Part shown: positions 9,938 through 19,457 of the stretch, piece by piece
Position numbering within the stretch: the stretch's first letter is position 1
How the letters are laid out: each line of letters starts with the position of its first letter
NCBI GenBank assembly: GCA_963743305.1
Contig: CAVUPH010000007.1
Location: 160,001-224,000 of the forward strand
Length of the DNA stretch: 64,000 bases
Origin: an uncultured delta proteobacterium
GTDB taxonomy: Bacteria > Desulfobacterota > RBG-13-43-22
Direction: 5' to 3'
Notes under the pieces: model-generated
Databases searched by the model: none
Told to the model about the DNA's origin: nothing
Seen by the model: only the letters and a program-made list of their open reading frames with translations
Program-made: the position numbers and the translations under genes

Positions 9938-11803
9938 TTACCGCTGGGGGAAAAAATGGCGATGCCAGATGGCCACGTTCATCAGTGCCCAGAGTAGATG
10001 ATTGTGATTCTGGACCCGGTCCAAGTGTTCTTGAATGACTTGATTTAAGAAGGGCAGTCGGATGGTCTGGCGAATGATCGGGGATTCATTTAACAGGGAC
10101 ACCATATACTCTTTCAACCCTTCGCGGAGCAAGTTCTTAATGGGCAGGCTATAGCCCTGTTTTCCCCGGTTGACGATGGTGTCCGGCAGCCAGCCTTTCA
10201 AGGCCTGGCGAAAAATGGCCTTGGTCTCAAAGCCCTTCAGTTTCCAGGAGCTGGGCAGCGTGGTGGAAAATTCCACCACCCGGTGATCCAAAAAAGGAAC
10301 TCGTATTTCCAGGGCATGGGCCATGCTCATTTTATCCACTTTCATCAGTACCGAATCCGGCATGACGAATTTCAGATCAATATACACTTCCTGATCCAGA
10401 CGATCTTTGGAGGGACAGCGTTCCCGGTACCCCCGGACGGCCCCAAAGGGGTCCGCAGAGATCCTGGATTTGAATTCTTTTTGAAACAATCGGGATTCCC
10501 ACTCGGGTGACATGAAATACTGCCAGCGCAGATGACCCCCGTCCAGCGGTTGGTGGGATCCTTCAATGAATCGTTTGAGGATATTGACGGCCCCCTTTTT
10601 TTGCGGTTGATCCGGGAGGCGTTTCACCGCCGGATAAATGCATTTTTCCCGCAGCCATCCGGGGAGCCGTCGGTAATAATGATCGAATTTGCTGGCCCGG
10701 AAGCGGTCGTAGCCGGCAAAAATTTCATCGCCCCCCTCACCGGAAAGACAGACCGTCACCTGTTTCTTGGCTTCTCGGCAAACCAGGAATAAGGGCAGAG
10801 CGGAGAGATCGGTCATGGGTTCATCCAAATGCCAGACCGCTTCTTCCAAATCCTGAGGGGTAACCTCCGGAATCATCAGCACCTGATGATCGGTTTCAAA
10901 ACGTTCAGCAACCATCTTGGCATAAGGCAGTTCGCTGAAGGAGGGGTCCGGATAACCGATGGAAAAGGTTCGCAGCGGATCGACCCCTAGTTGTCGCATC
11001 AGGGCTACCAGCGTGCTGGAGTCCAATCCACCCGACAGGAAAACACCCAGGGGCACATCACTGATCAGATGCAGACCCACTGTTTCTCGTAAAAGGGCCC
11101 GCAGGGCCTCCACGGCTTCCTCGGGGGACGACCATTCCTCTGAAAATTTGAGGTCCCAATAGGTTTGTATCTCCAACCCCTTATTGGAGAATTTGAGGTA
11201 ACAGCCCGGAGGGAGTTTGGAAATCCCCTCGAACATGGTCCGGGGGCTGGGAACGAACTCAAAGCCCAGGTAATCGTAGAGGGCCGGGAAGTTTACCTGC
11301 CGGGGTATTTCCGGAATGGCCAACAGCCCTTTGATTTCCGAGGCAAAGGCAAAACGGTCCGACTGGTGGTAATAATAAAGGGGCTTAATCCCCAGCCGAT
11401 CTCGAGCAATGAAAAGTTGCTGCCGGGGCCGGTCCCAGAGGGCCAAGGCAAACATTCCCCGCAGCCGCTGGAGGCACCCCTCCCCCCATTCTTCGTAGGC
11501 GTGGATAATAACCTCGGAATCGGATTGACTGGCGAAACAATGGCCCTTTTGCAGCAGGGATTCCCGCAATTCGAGAAAATTATAGATCTCCCCGTTAAAA
11601 ACCAACTGGAGGGAGCCATCTTCGTTGGTCATGGGCTGCCGGCCCTGTTCGGAGAGGTCGATGATGGAGAGACGGCGATGACCCAGGGTAATCCCTTCGG
11701 AAGCGAAAATTCCGCTTTGATCCGGTCCCCGGTGTTTGATGACCTGGTTGCATTTTTCGGCAATGGTCGTGTCCGGCCAGGTAAAACCACAAATTCCGCA
11801 CAT
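9938..11803 (-). CDS. asnB: Asparagine synthase (glutamine-hydrolysing) family amidotransferase
   Basis: MCGICG Ntn start, HRGPD, FNGEIYN, LSGGLDSS, SGEGGDE, DKMSMAH.LE.RVPFLDH. Confidence 0.92.
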   Translation of the reverse strand: MCGICGFTWPDTTIAEKCNQVIKHRGPDQSGIFASEGITLGHRRLSIIDLSEQGRQPMTNEDGSLQLVFNGEIYNFLELRESLLQKGHCFASQSDSEVIIHAYEEWGEGCLQRLRGMFALALWDRPRQQLFIARDRLGIKPLYYYHQSDRFAFASEIKGLLAIPEIPRQVNFPALYDYLGFEFVPSPRTMFEGISKLPPGCYLKFSNKGLEIQTYWDLKFSEEWSSPEEAVEALRALLRETVGLHLISDVPLGVFLSGGLDSSTLVALMRQLGVDPLRTFSIGYPDPSFSELPYAKMVAERFETDHQVLMIPEVTPQDLEEAVWHLDEPMTDLSALPLFLVCREAKKQVTVCLSGEGGDEIFAGYDRFRASKFDHYYRRLPGWLREKCIYPAVKRLPDQPQKKGAVNILKRFIEGSHQPLDGGHLRWQYFMSPEWESRLFQKEFKSRISADPFGAVRGYRERCPSKDRLDQEVYIDLKFVMPDSVLMKVDKMSMAHALEIRVPFLDHRVVEFSTTLPSSWKLKGFETKAIFRQALKGWLPDTIVNRGKQGYSLPIKNLLREGLKEYMVSLLNESPIIRQTIRLPFLNQVIQEHLDRVQNHNHLLWALMNVAIWHRHFFPQR

Positions 11804-12090
11804 AGGTTTGAAAATTCCTTTAAAAAAATAGACCCTCGCCCTGGTCTAACGGCTTAGCAGTTGGTTGCAGGACCAACCGAACCCAGAGGGGGCCTATAGT
11901 TATTAGCAATGTATAGCATCTGATATCCTATTTTCAACATTTTTTAAGAAGGCGGCTTCCCCGGTGCAAAAAAGGATACTTGGCCTGTGGTCGCGGTGTC
12001 AAAAATGGGTTGCCCTTTCCCCTAAATTTATTATAGTATTTTCTTTTGGTTTGGTAAAGTTTTTGAATCCAATCCCTTTTAGGACGATGA

Positions 12091-12876
12091 ATGAATATCT
12101 TGGGCTTATCCGCCTATTATCACGACTCGGCGGCCTGTCTGCTTAAGGAAGGACGGATTGCGGCCGCCGCCCAGGAAGAGCGCTGGACCAGGATAAAACA
12201 TGACCCATGTTTTCCTTCCCAGGCCATTCGCTATTGTCTGCGGGAGGAGGGCCTGACGGTCCAGGACCTGGATCTGGTAGCCTTCTACGACCTCCCCTTT
12301 TTGAAATTTGAACGCCTTCTGGAGACTTACCTGGCCTTCGCCCCCCGAGGACTCCGTTCCTTCCTGCAGGCCATGCCCCTCTGGATCAAGGAAAAACTCT
12401 GGCTCCCGGAGAAGATCAAAAAAGAATTGGGGTATGACGGCGCGCTGCTATTTACGGAGCATCACCAGTCCCACGCGGCCAGCGCTTTCTACCCCTCTCC
12501 CTTCCAGCGAGCGGCCATCCTGACCATAGACGGGGTAGGGGAGTGGGCTACGACTTCTTGGGGCCTGGGACGGGACCACACGATTGATCTGATAGCCGAA
12601 CTTCGCTTCCCCCATTCCCTGGGTCTATTGTATTCCGCCTTTACCTATTTTACCGGCTTTAAAGTCAACTCCGGAGAATACAAGCTTATGGGGCTGGCCC
12701 CCTACGGGGCGCCCAGATATCGGGACTTGATCCTGACTCACCTGCTGGACTTAAAAGAGGATGGGTCTTTCAAACTGAACCTGGACTACTTCAACTATTG
12801 CCAGGGCCTGACCATGACCAATGAGAAATTTGCCGATTTATTCGGGGGTCCCCCCGACAGCCGGAATCCCCCCTGA
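12091..12876 (+). CDS. O-carbamoyltransferase (NodU/CmcH/SxtI family), N-terminal part; frameshifted
   Basis: ILGLSAYYHDSAA, QEER.TRIKHD, EHH.SHAASAF, GEYKLMGLAPYG. One C is missing in the C6 run at 12850-12855; restoring it reads FGGPPRQPESPLTQREMDLA. Confidence 0.88.
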   Translation: MNILGLSAYYHDSAACLLKEGRIAAAAQEERWTRIKHDPCFPSQAIRYCLREEGLTVQDLDLVAFYDLPFLKFERLLETYLAFAPRGLRSFLQAMPLWIKEKLWLPEKIKKELGYDGALLFTEHHQSHAASAFYPSPFQRAAILTIDGVGEWATTSWGLGRDHTIDLIAELRFPHSLGLLYSAFTYFTGFKVNSGEYKLMGLAPYGAPRYRDLILTHLLDLKEDGSFKLNLDYFNYCQGLTMTNEKFADLFGGPPDSRNPP

Positions 12877-12887
12877 CCCAGAGGGAA

Positions 12888-13910
12888 ATGGACTTGGCGG
12901 CCAGTGTTCAGAAGGTTACCGAAGAAGTGGTGCTGCGCCTGGCCCGCCATGTCCACCGGGAAACGGGAGAAAAACACTTGGTGCTGGCCGGTGGGGTGGC
13001 CTTAAACTGTGTAGCCAACGGTCTTCTTCTGCGGGAAGGTCCATTTGAGGACCTCTGGATCCAACCGGCAGCCGGTGATGCCGGAGGGGCCTTAGGGGCG
13101 GCCCTCTATGCCTGGCATCAACACCTGGGGAAGCCCCGCCCGATCATCACCGACCGGCTCGACCGCCAGGAAGGCTCTTATCTGGGACCGGCCTTCCCTG
13201 AAGGTCAGATCCGGGCCTTTCTCCAACAGCAGGGGATCCCAGCCCGAGAATTGTCCTGGGAAGAGCTCCCCCAGGAGGTGGCCCGGTTGATTGCTGAGGA
13301 GAAAGTAGTGGGCTGGTTCCAAGGGCGCATGGAATTTGGACCACGGGCCCTCGGCAACCGTTCCATTCTCGGAGACGCCCGAAGCCCGAAAATGCAATCC
13401 GTGATGAATCTGAAAATCAAATTCAGGGAATCCTTCCGGCCCTTTGCCCCTTCGGTGATGGCGGAACGGAGCAGCGATTATTTCCTCCTGGATCGCCCCA
13501 GTCCCTACATGCTGCTGGTGGGGGAAATCCAACCGGGTATTCGCAGCGAATTGAAACCCGAGGATCAGGACCTATGCGGTCTGGAAAAATTGAAAACCGT
13601 TCGCTCCGTCCTACCGGCCGTTACCCATGTCGATCACAGCGCCCGGGTGCAAACCGTTCACCGGGAAACCAACCCTCTGTATTACCGACTGCTGAAAGCT
13701 TTTGAAGCCTTGACCGGCTGCGGAGTCATCGTCAATACCAGTTTTAACGTTCGCGGAGAACCGATCGTCTGTACCCCCGAACAGGCCTACGCCTGTTTCC
13801 GGCGCACGGAAATGGACTATCTGGTCCTGGGGCCTTTCCTTTTGAAAAAGGACAACCAGCCCCCCTGGCAGGAGACTGCTGACTGGCGAAAAGAAATCCA
13901 GGCCGACTGA
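12888..13910 (+). CDS. O-carbamoyltransferase, C-terminal part
   Basis: AGGVALNCVANG, QPAAGDAGGALG, GRMEFGPRALGNRSIL, KFRESFRPFAP, NTSFNVRGEPIV. Confidence 0.88.
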   Translation: MDLAASVQKVTEEVVLRLARHVHRETGEKHLVLAGGVALNCVANGLLLREGPFEDLWIQPAAGDAGGALGAALYAWHQHLGKPRPIITDRLDRQEGSYLGPAFPEGQIRAFLQQQGIPARELSWEELPQEVARLIAEEKVVGWFQGRMEFGPRALGNRSILGDARSPKMQSVMNLKIKFRESFRPFAPSVMAERSSDYFLLDRPSPYMLLVGEIQPGIRSELKPEDQDLCGLEKLKTVRSVLPAVTHVDHSARVQTVHRETNPLYYRLLKAFEALTGCGVIVNTSFNVRGEPIVCTPEQAYACFRRTEMDYLVLGPFLLKKDNQPPWQETADWRKEIQAD

Positions 13911-14509
13911 TGGCCTTTTTTCAAGAAATCAAAGAACAATTCGGGAATCTCCGTCCGTCTCGAAAAGATCTACGGAATCTGGGGTTGGTATTTTTTATCG
14001 TCCTGGGAATCGTCGGTTCCCTGTTGTGGTGGAAGGGGCGCTCGTCCGCACCCTGGTTTTGGGTGGCGGCTCTGGCCCTGGGTGCCTGGGGGCTGGTCTG
14101 GCCCTCGGGACTGATGCCGATCTACCGGGTATGGATGGGTTTGGGCGTGGTGCTGAACTATTTCATCTCCCGCTTCATCCTGATCCTGTTGTACTATTTG
14201 GTCTTGACCCCCACTGGACTGGTATTGAGGGCCCTGGGCCGGGATCTTCTGGACCTGAAGCTGCAAGACCGACCCAGTTACTGGCATCGGCGAAGCTCCA
14301 CCGAATCGTCCCGCAAACAGCAAAGCGCTTATTCCGAGGTTAAGCAGGGGTCCGGTAAGATCGCCCTGATGGTCCAATTCTGGGTTTTCTTGCGGGCGAG
14401 GAAGAAATTCTGGTTGCTGCCTATCATTCTGATGTTGGTCTTATTAGGGGCCCTGATCATTTTTGGCGAAGGATCAGCCTTGGCCCCTTTTATCTATACC
14501 CTCTTTTAA
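13910..14509 (+). CDS. SxtJ-family membrane protein fused to a DUF5989/SxtK-like peptide
   Basis: SxtJ-like core (LR..GLV...YR.WM.LG..L...LTP.GL.LR.LG.D.L...SYW) followed in frame by FW.FLR.RKKFWLLPII...GSALAPFIYTLF. TGATG coupling to the carbamoyltransferase. Confidence 0.8.
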   Translation: MAFFQEIKEQFGNLRPSRKDLRNLGLVFFIVLGIVGSLLWWKGRSSAPWFWVAALALGAWGLVWPSGLMPIYRVWMGLGVVLNYFISRFILILLYYLVLTPTGLVLRALGRDLLDLKLQDRPSYWHRRSSTESSRKQQSAYSEVKQGSGKIALMVQFWVFLRARKKFWLLPIILMLVLLGALIIFGEGSALAPFIYTLF

Positions 14510-14551
14510 GGAGAACGGCTTCCAGTCCATGCACTCCTGGAAAAAGCTCGC

Positions 14552-16390
14552 ATGACCAGCCCATCCGCCCCTTTGAAATTCCTGAAGATATTTCTGTTCA
14601 TCGCTCTGGGAATCCAGGTCGTGATTGCCCTCCTGCTCTTGGGCAACTACCCCTTATTGTTTCGCGGGGGGCCTTATTCCCAGGTCCGGGTCGATCAGGA
14701 AGGGATGCGGCTGGTTGTTTATGGCGGTCCGAATAGGTCCGGTCCGGCGGAAACCCGCTTTACGCCCAATGCTTCGGCCCGTTTGGAAACCCCACGAACC
14801 TCGCTGGAAGGCTATGGGATTTGGCAGGTTGAAAAGGCCGGGACGTATACCCTGGTGTTTCACTGCGATGATTATGGCAGTTTGTTTCTGGACGGCCACC
14901 TCTTGATCCGCCTCAAGGGTATATCCGCCGACAATATCGGGCAGGCCGTGGTTCCGCTGCAACCCGGTCCGCATCATCTGGTCGTCTATCTCTATAACGG
15001 ACCCCAAAAAGGCTTTTTCCGTCTCGAGGTCCAGGGCCCCGGTGAGGCATATCCCGTCCCTTTGCCTCCCGCCAACCTGCGTCCCTGGAAACCGGGGAAA
15101 GCCGCCTTTTACTGGCGAGTTGCCGATGGAATGCTCTCCTGGATCAGGGGAGGGCTTTTCTGGATAACCTTACCCCTACTGCTCCTCGCCTCCCTGGCTT
15201 TTTTAGGGGCCAAAACCTTAAAACAGGCGGCGCTGAACGGCGGCCTCGTCCTCGGAAGCTGTTTAATGGCGGCGGTCCTGGGGGAGATCGCCGTCCGGCT
15301 TTTTTGGCCCCCACCCCAAAAGGTCTCTATCCGGGAAATGGCCGCGCCGGGACAACGAACGGACCGAAGGGCAGGGACTTTTGTCATCCCCACGGAACGG
15401 GGTTACCGGAATGCCCCCTTAAGTGAATTGGTGATCGAACATCACCCCTGGAGCCCGAACATCCCCTTGGTCTTCAAGACCAATTCCCTGGGTTACCGCA
15501 ACCCGGAAATCGGTCCCAAAAAGGGGAAACGCTTCTTGTTCCTGGGTGACTCCATTACCTTCGGTCATGGAGTGAATGAGGAATGGACCTTCGTCCGCCT
15601 GCTGGAAAAGCTGGCCCGGTCCCAGGGTGACAACTGGGAAGCCGTCAATGGGGCCGTCGAAGGCCTGGGGACCAACGGGGAATTGGCCGTATTGAATGAA
15701 ACCGGACTTGGCCTCAAGCCCGATGTGGTCGTCCTGGATTTTTATTTAAATGATTTCCTGGAATCACCGGGCATATTTATTACCCGACTACCGGGGGTGC
15801 TGGACCGAAGCCGGCTGGCCTATAAACTGGAGCGTTTTTTTACCTCCCGTTTGTTTATTACTACTTCTGAAAAAAATATCTCCGTCATCCAGCCGATGCA
15901 AAAGCCCCCGGACGAAATTTTTGTCTGGCGGGACGAATTCAAAAAAAATTCCACGGTCCTTCCTCTCCATCAAAAACCCGACGCAACGGCTCAGGCCTTT
16001 CAGGAGGCCGTCCTTCAAAATTTTGAAGACTGGGGAGGCGCTTTCAGTCCGCGGGTCTGGAAAAACATGGAGCCGCTGCTGGAGGAATTCGTCCGACTGG
16101 CGAAGGAACATCGCTTTCGTTTTGTCCTGGTGGCCTTTCCCGTCCGTGCCCAGGTGGAAACGACGCCCCTTTTTGACTATCCTCAGCAACGGTTAAGGCA
16201 GATCGCCCGGAACCTCAAAGTCCCTTGTTTCGATCTGCTACCTGTGTTTCGAATGGATTTTGAAAAGAACCAGAAGGTAGAGGACCGGCTTTTTCTCGAC
16301 CATTGCCACCTGACGGCCAGAGGAAATCGAGTCGCCGCCCAGGCCATTTACCGTTTCCTGAAACAAACCCCCCTCCCGGAAGGAAATTAG
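14552..16390 (+). CDS. Membrane-anchored PA14 domain + SGNH/GDSL hydrolase-like protein
   Basis: PA14-like G.YT....DDYGSL.LDG; TNSLGYR; LGDSITFG; N.AVEG; D.CHLT..GN. Confidence 0.75.
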   Translation: MTSPSAPLKFLKIFLFIALGIQVVIALLLLGNYPLLFRGGPYSQVRVDQEGMRLVVYGGPNRSGPAETRFTPNASARLETPRTSLEGYGIWQVEKAGTYTLVFHCDDYGSLFLDGHLLIRLKGISADNIGQAVVPLQPGPHHLVVYLYNGPQKGFFRLEVQGPGEAYPVPLPPANLRPWKPGKAAFYWRVADGMLSWIRGGLFWITLPLLLLASLAFLGAKTLKQAALNGGLVLGSCLMAAVLGEIAVRLFWPPPQKVSIREMAAPGQRTDRRAGTFVIPTERGYRNAPLSELVIEHHPWSPNIPLVFKTNSLGYRNPEIGPKKGKRFLFLGDSITFGHGVNEEWTFVRLLEKLARSQGDNWEAVNGAVEGLGTNGELAVLNETGLGLKPDVVVLDFYLNDFLESPGIFITRLPGVLDRSRLAYKLERFFTSRLFITTSEKNISVIQPMQKPPDEIFVWRDEFKKNSTVLPLHQKPDATAQAFQEAVLQNFEDWGGAFSPRVWKNMEPLLEEFVRLAKEHRFRFVLVAFPVRAQVETTPLFDYPQQRLRQIARNLKVPCFDLLPVFRMDFEKNQKVEDRLFLDHCHLTARGNRVAAQAIYRFLKQTPLPEGN

Positions 16391-16513
16391 GGCGGTTGTA
16401 TCCAACTTGAAAAATAAAAACAAATCCTCACCGGGGAACCTGGAATCGGCAGGTCCCCCGGCAAGGAGACCGGCTAGGGGAGCGGCCGGTGCAAATCTGT
16501 CGGGCCGATCCGG

Positions 16514-17143
16514 CTAATGATAGGCCGACTCGGGGAAAATACTGCCCATCTGAACGCGTCCGCCAACGGATCCCATGGCCCGGTAGGACGGGGGCCCCAG
16601 TCTAAATCCCAGTCGGTCGAAACCGTCGTTGACGATAACGACGGCGGTAGTTTGCGGGGCTTTCTGCATGACCTGCACGACCGCCTGGAGGTACCGACCC
16701 CACCAGGAATCAATTTGACCCCGGGCATTCGATAGGGCTTGGGTCTCACCATCCACGGGGGACCAGTTCATGCCTGCCACGGTGCTGGCCAAGGCATATA
16801 ACTGGGCCGCCCAGCGCCCGTTGAATCCGGCCCGGCCCATCTGGCCAGGGACCAGGTTCAGGTCCGCTATAATGAGTTGGGTCGGCCCCGCTTTGCAGTA
16901 CCCTTCCAGCTTGGTCCAATAAGCGGAATCGAGGCTTTGACCTTTAAAGGGGGTCTGTTCCATCAAATTGACTGTTGCCGGCCCGTGCGTGGCTTGCTCC
17001 GGTTGACTCGTGGAAGTGGTTGCGGGACTGGAATTGGAGCCGCCTCCGGAATTCGTCCAGTTATCCCAATATTGGCAGCCGGTGGCGGCTACCATGAGGA
17101 GCAACAGGGGCAATAAGAGCTGGCCTAGTTTTTTTTTGGTCAT
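16514..17143 (-). CDS. Hypothetical lipoprotein
   Basis: MTKKK plus hydrophobic core, lipobox AATGC and S/T/G-rich linker; RBS AGGAGG upstream. Confidence 0.7.
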   Translation of the reverse strand: MTKKKLGQLLLPLLLLMVAATGCQYWDNWTNSGGGSNSSPATTSTSQPEQATHGPATVNLMEQTPFKGQSLDSAYWTKLEGYCKAGPTQLIIADLNLVPGQMGRAGFNGRWAAQLYALASTVAGMNWSPVDGETQALSNARGQIDSWWGRYLQAVVQVMQKAPQTTAVVIVNDGFDRLGFRLGPPSYRAMGSVGGRVQMGSIFPESAYH

Positions 17144-17182
17144 TAGCCCTCCTGAAATATTATTTTTTTGTAAAGTTAAAGC

Positions 17183-17211
17183 TTTATATTAGAAAAAATA
17201 TAAAATGTCAA
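17183..17211 (-). promoter_or_regulatory. Putative sigma70 promoter of the lipoprotein gene
   Basis: Minus strand TTGACA, 17 bp spacer, TATAAA, in an AT-rich divergent intergenic region. Confidence 0.55.
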
Positions 17212-17469
17212 TACAAAACTATAAGTTCAGCGCTTTTTCTTGATAAGGTTATCTTCATTGGTCAAACAGTTTGGACAAAACCCGTGGTCCGCCAACGGAT
17301 ATCGTCCAGGCTCGGCTGAAAAAGCCAGGGCCGGTAGACCAGCCATTATCCAATTCTTGATTTAAGAGAGAACGAACAGGCCGCGGCCGAGAATCATTTT
17401 TTGTTGCAAAATAGTTCTAAGCTATGATAAAATATTAAGTTTAAATCAACTTCATATGGATGGAGATCA

Positions 17470-18462
17470 ATGGCTGAGACGATAACCCGAGAGCAGATTA
17501 AGGCTATTCAAGAAAAAAACGTGGGGATGTATTCCAAGCATCCCTGGCCGGTCAACCGCCGCACGGCCGAAGAGATGGGCTGGCGCTTGAAGGTCCTGGG
17601 CATTCATCCCAGCGAATTTCAGGGGAAAAGAACCTTGGAGTGCGGCTGCGGGACCGGCAACTATGTCATCTGGTATGCGATGGAAGGGCAGGCCTCGGAG
17701 GCCGTTGGAGTGGACCTCTCGGACGGATCGTTGGCGGTAGCCAATCGCCTAAAAGAAGAAGGCCAAGTCGAAAATGCCACCTTCAGGAAGATGGACGTCC
17801 TGAAGCTGGATTTCCCGGATAACAGTTTTGACTATTCCTATTCCTATGGAGTATTTATGATAACCGGCGACAGTGAAGGGGCCTATCGGGAGATGGTCCG
17901 GGTGACCAAGCCGGGAGGGACCATCACCGTAAGCGTTTATAACACCTTCGGTCGCTGGCCGGTGACCATTCGGCAGAAAATAATCAAGAGAATGGCCCCC
18001 GATGATCCGGATAAGCGGGTCCAGTTGGGAGTGAAATATTTTCCCGGCCCCTTTAAGAAATTGGACAAACGGTACTACGAAATCAATTCCGAACAACTGG
18101 CTTATGATACCTACGGTATTCCCTATGAGGAGGTCCACAGCGCCGGAAATGTTTTGGGCTGGTTAAAGAGGGCCAACGTAAAGTATAAGGGCTCCTTTGC
18201 TCCCCTCCGGATCCGGGACTATTTTTACGCCTTTTCCTTGGACGAGTATAAGGATTTCCGGAGCACCTTTGCTGGTTATCCGGCCGCGCAAAAGGTCAGC
18301 GACTTGTTATTCAAAATCTCCCGCAAGGAAAAACAGAACGAATATAAAACCCAATTCCCCTTCCCGGGCCCATTCTCCCGGGGCCTCTGTCAGCTCCTCT
18401 GGCTCTTGATCGGGGGGAGCCGGTTTTCTTGCTTTACCATTTCCGGCGTTAAACAGAAATAA
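17470..18462 (+). CDS. Class I SAM-dependent methyltransferase
   Basis: LECGCGTG, GVDLS, LDFPDNSFD, RVTKPGG. Confidence 0.85.
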   Translation: MAETITREQIKAIQEKNVGMYSKHPWPVNRRTAEEMGWRLKVLGIHPSEFQGKRTLECGCGTGNYVIWYAMEGQASEAVGVDLSDGSLAVANRLKEEGQVENATFRKMDVLKLDFPDNSFDYSYSYGVFMITGDSEGAYREMVRVTKPGGTITVSVYNTFGRWPVTIRQKIIKRMAPDDPDKRVQLGVKYFPGPFKKLDKRYYEINSEQLAYDTYGIPYEEVHSAGNVLGWLKRANVKYKGSFAPLRIRDYFYAFSLDEYKDFRSTFAGYPAAQKVSDLLFKISRKEKQNEYKTQFPFPGPFSRGLCQLLWLLIGGSRFSCFTISGVKQK

Positions 18463-18474
18463 AGGCTTCCCTCC

Positions 18475-18507
18475 AAGTCCAGCTCGCTCTTTGGGTGGGC
18501 TGGACTT
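18475..18507 (+). terminator. Stem-loop terminator
   Basis: AAGTCCAGCTC...GGGCTGGACTT followed by a T-rich tract, right after the methyltransferase stop. Confidence 0.55.
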
Positions 18508-18531
18508 TCGTTCTCTTTCCACTACTATTTC

Positions 18532-18659
18532 TTTTGGTTGTTCGCATTTTTGGGTGGATACCTCCCATATTTGGTGCATGGCCGCCGAGACCCGGCGGCC
18601 CCGAGACCCGATTTCAAACTAAGCTACCATGGGGCCATCCACCCAAAAAGGTGAAACAA
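18532..18659. repeat. Palindromic MITE-like element, family A, copy 1
   Basis: TTGTTCGCATTTTTGGGTGGAT ... ATCCACCCAAAAAGGTGAAACAA; ends and interior are homologous to 25523-25635. Confidence 0.7.
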
Positions 18660-18680
18660 GATATTTGAAAAGTGGATTGA

Positions 18681-19427
18681 TTATTTCGGAGGGAGTTTCT
18701 TGATAACCCGGGCCGGAGTGCCCAAGGCGATGCTATCGGGGGGGATGGGGGTGTTTACTAAGCTGTTGGCGCCAATAACCGAATGATTTCCGATGTGACA
18801 ATTTTGAAGCACGATGACCTTGGCGGCAATCCAGCATTCGCTGCCTATTTCCAGCGGCAGGGTTTTGCCGACTCCCATATCCTCCGCCAGATAATCGTGT
18901 TCCCCGCCGCTCATGATCAGGCAATAAGGACCAATAAAGGTATGATAACCAATTCGCAGCAGGGTGGTGGAACTGAGGGTGGCATAATAGCCGATATTGG
19001 ATTCGTCCTCCAGAACGATATCCCCGTTCTTGGCCTGAAGTATGGTTCCCTGGCCGATATAAACGTCGTTACCGATCCGGATCCCCTGGTTGGTCATTCC
19101 TTTCGCATCCAATAAAACGCCGTCATCAATAAACACCCGGTCCCCGATAGTGATTTTATGGGGTGAACGGATGGACATATCCCGGCCGAAGATGACCTTT
19201 TTCCCGACTTTTTTAAAGAGGAAGGGATAAAAAACGGACCGTAAAAAAAGACCAAGTGCCCCGGGAAGCCATCCGAAACAAGTGATAATCATTTCGTATT
19301 TTATGAGAGACCACCAGCTCCCGTCTCCCACCATGAAGGCCTTGTATTTCGAAGCCAGTCCGCCGGAGGAGTCAAAAATGGTTCTCGCTCGAAATTGATC
19401 GACCGGTCTGTCTTTTGGGGTGTCCAT
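18681..19427 (-). CDS. Hexapeptide-repeat O-acyltransferase
   Basis: LbH repeats (IGDRVFI, IGNDVYIG, IGSECWI, IGNHSVIGANSLV) and G.PARVIK. Confidence 0.85.
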   Translation of the reverse strand: MDTPKDRPVDQFRARTIFDSSGGLASKYKAFMVGDGSWWSLIKYEMIITCFGWLPGALGLFLRSVFYPFLFKKVGKKVIFGRDMSIRSPHKITIGDRVFIDDGVLLDAKGMTNQGIRIGNDVYIGQGTILQAKNGDIVLEDESNIGYYATLSSTTLLRIGYHTFIGPYCLIMSGGEHDYLAEDMGVGKTLPLEIGSECWIAAKVIVLQNCHIGNHSVIGANSLVNTPIPPDSIALGTPARVIKKLPPK

Positions 19428-19457
19428 GAGTTATCAATCTGACTTGGAAGCCAAAGG

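Noticed and set aside
12874-12876. TGA at the end of the first carbamoyltransferase ORF as selenocysteine
   Set aside because: The downstream half is in a different frame and a homopolymer indel explains the break. The same applies to the TGA ending the GlpD-like ORF at 28922-28924.
12091-14509. Saxitoxin biosynthesis cluster (sxtI/J/K-like genes)
   Set aside because: No sxtA PKS, amidinotransferase or other sxt genes are present. The trio sits in a surface-glycan context.
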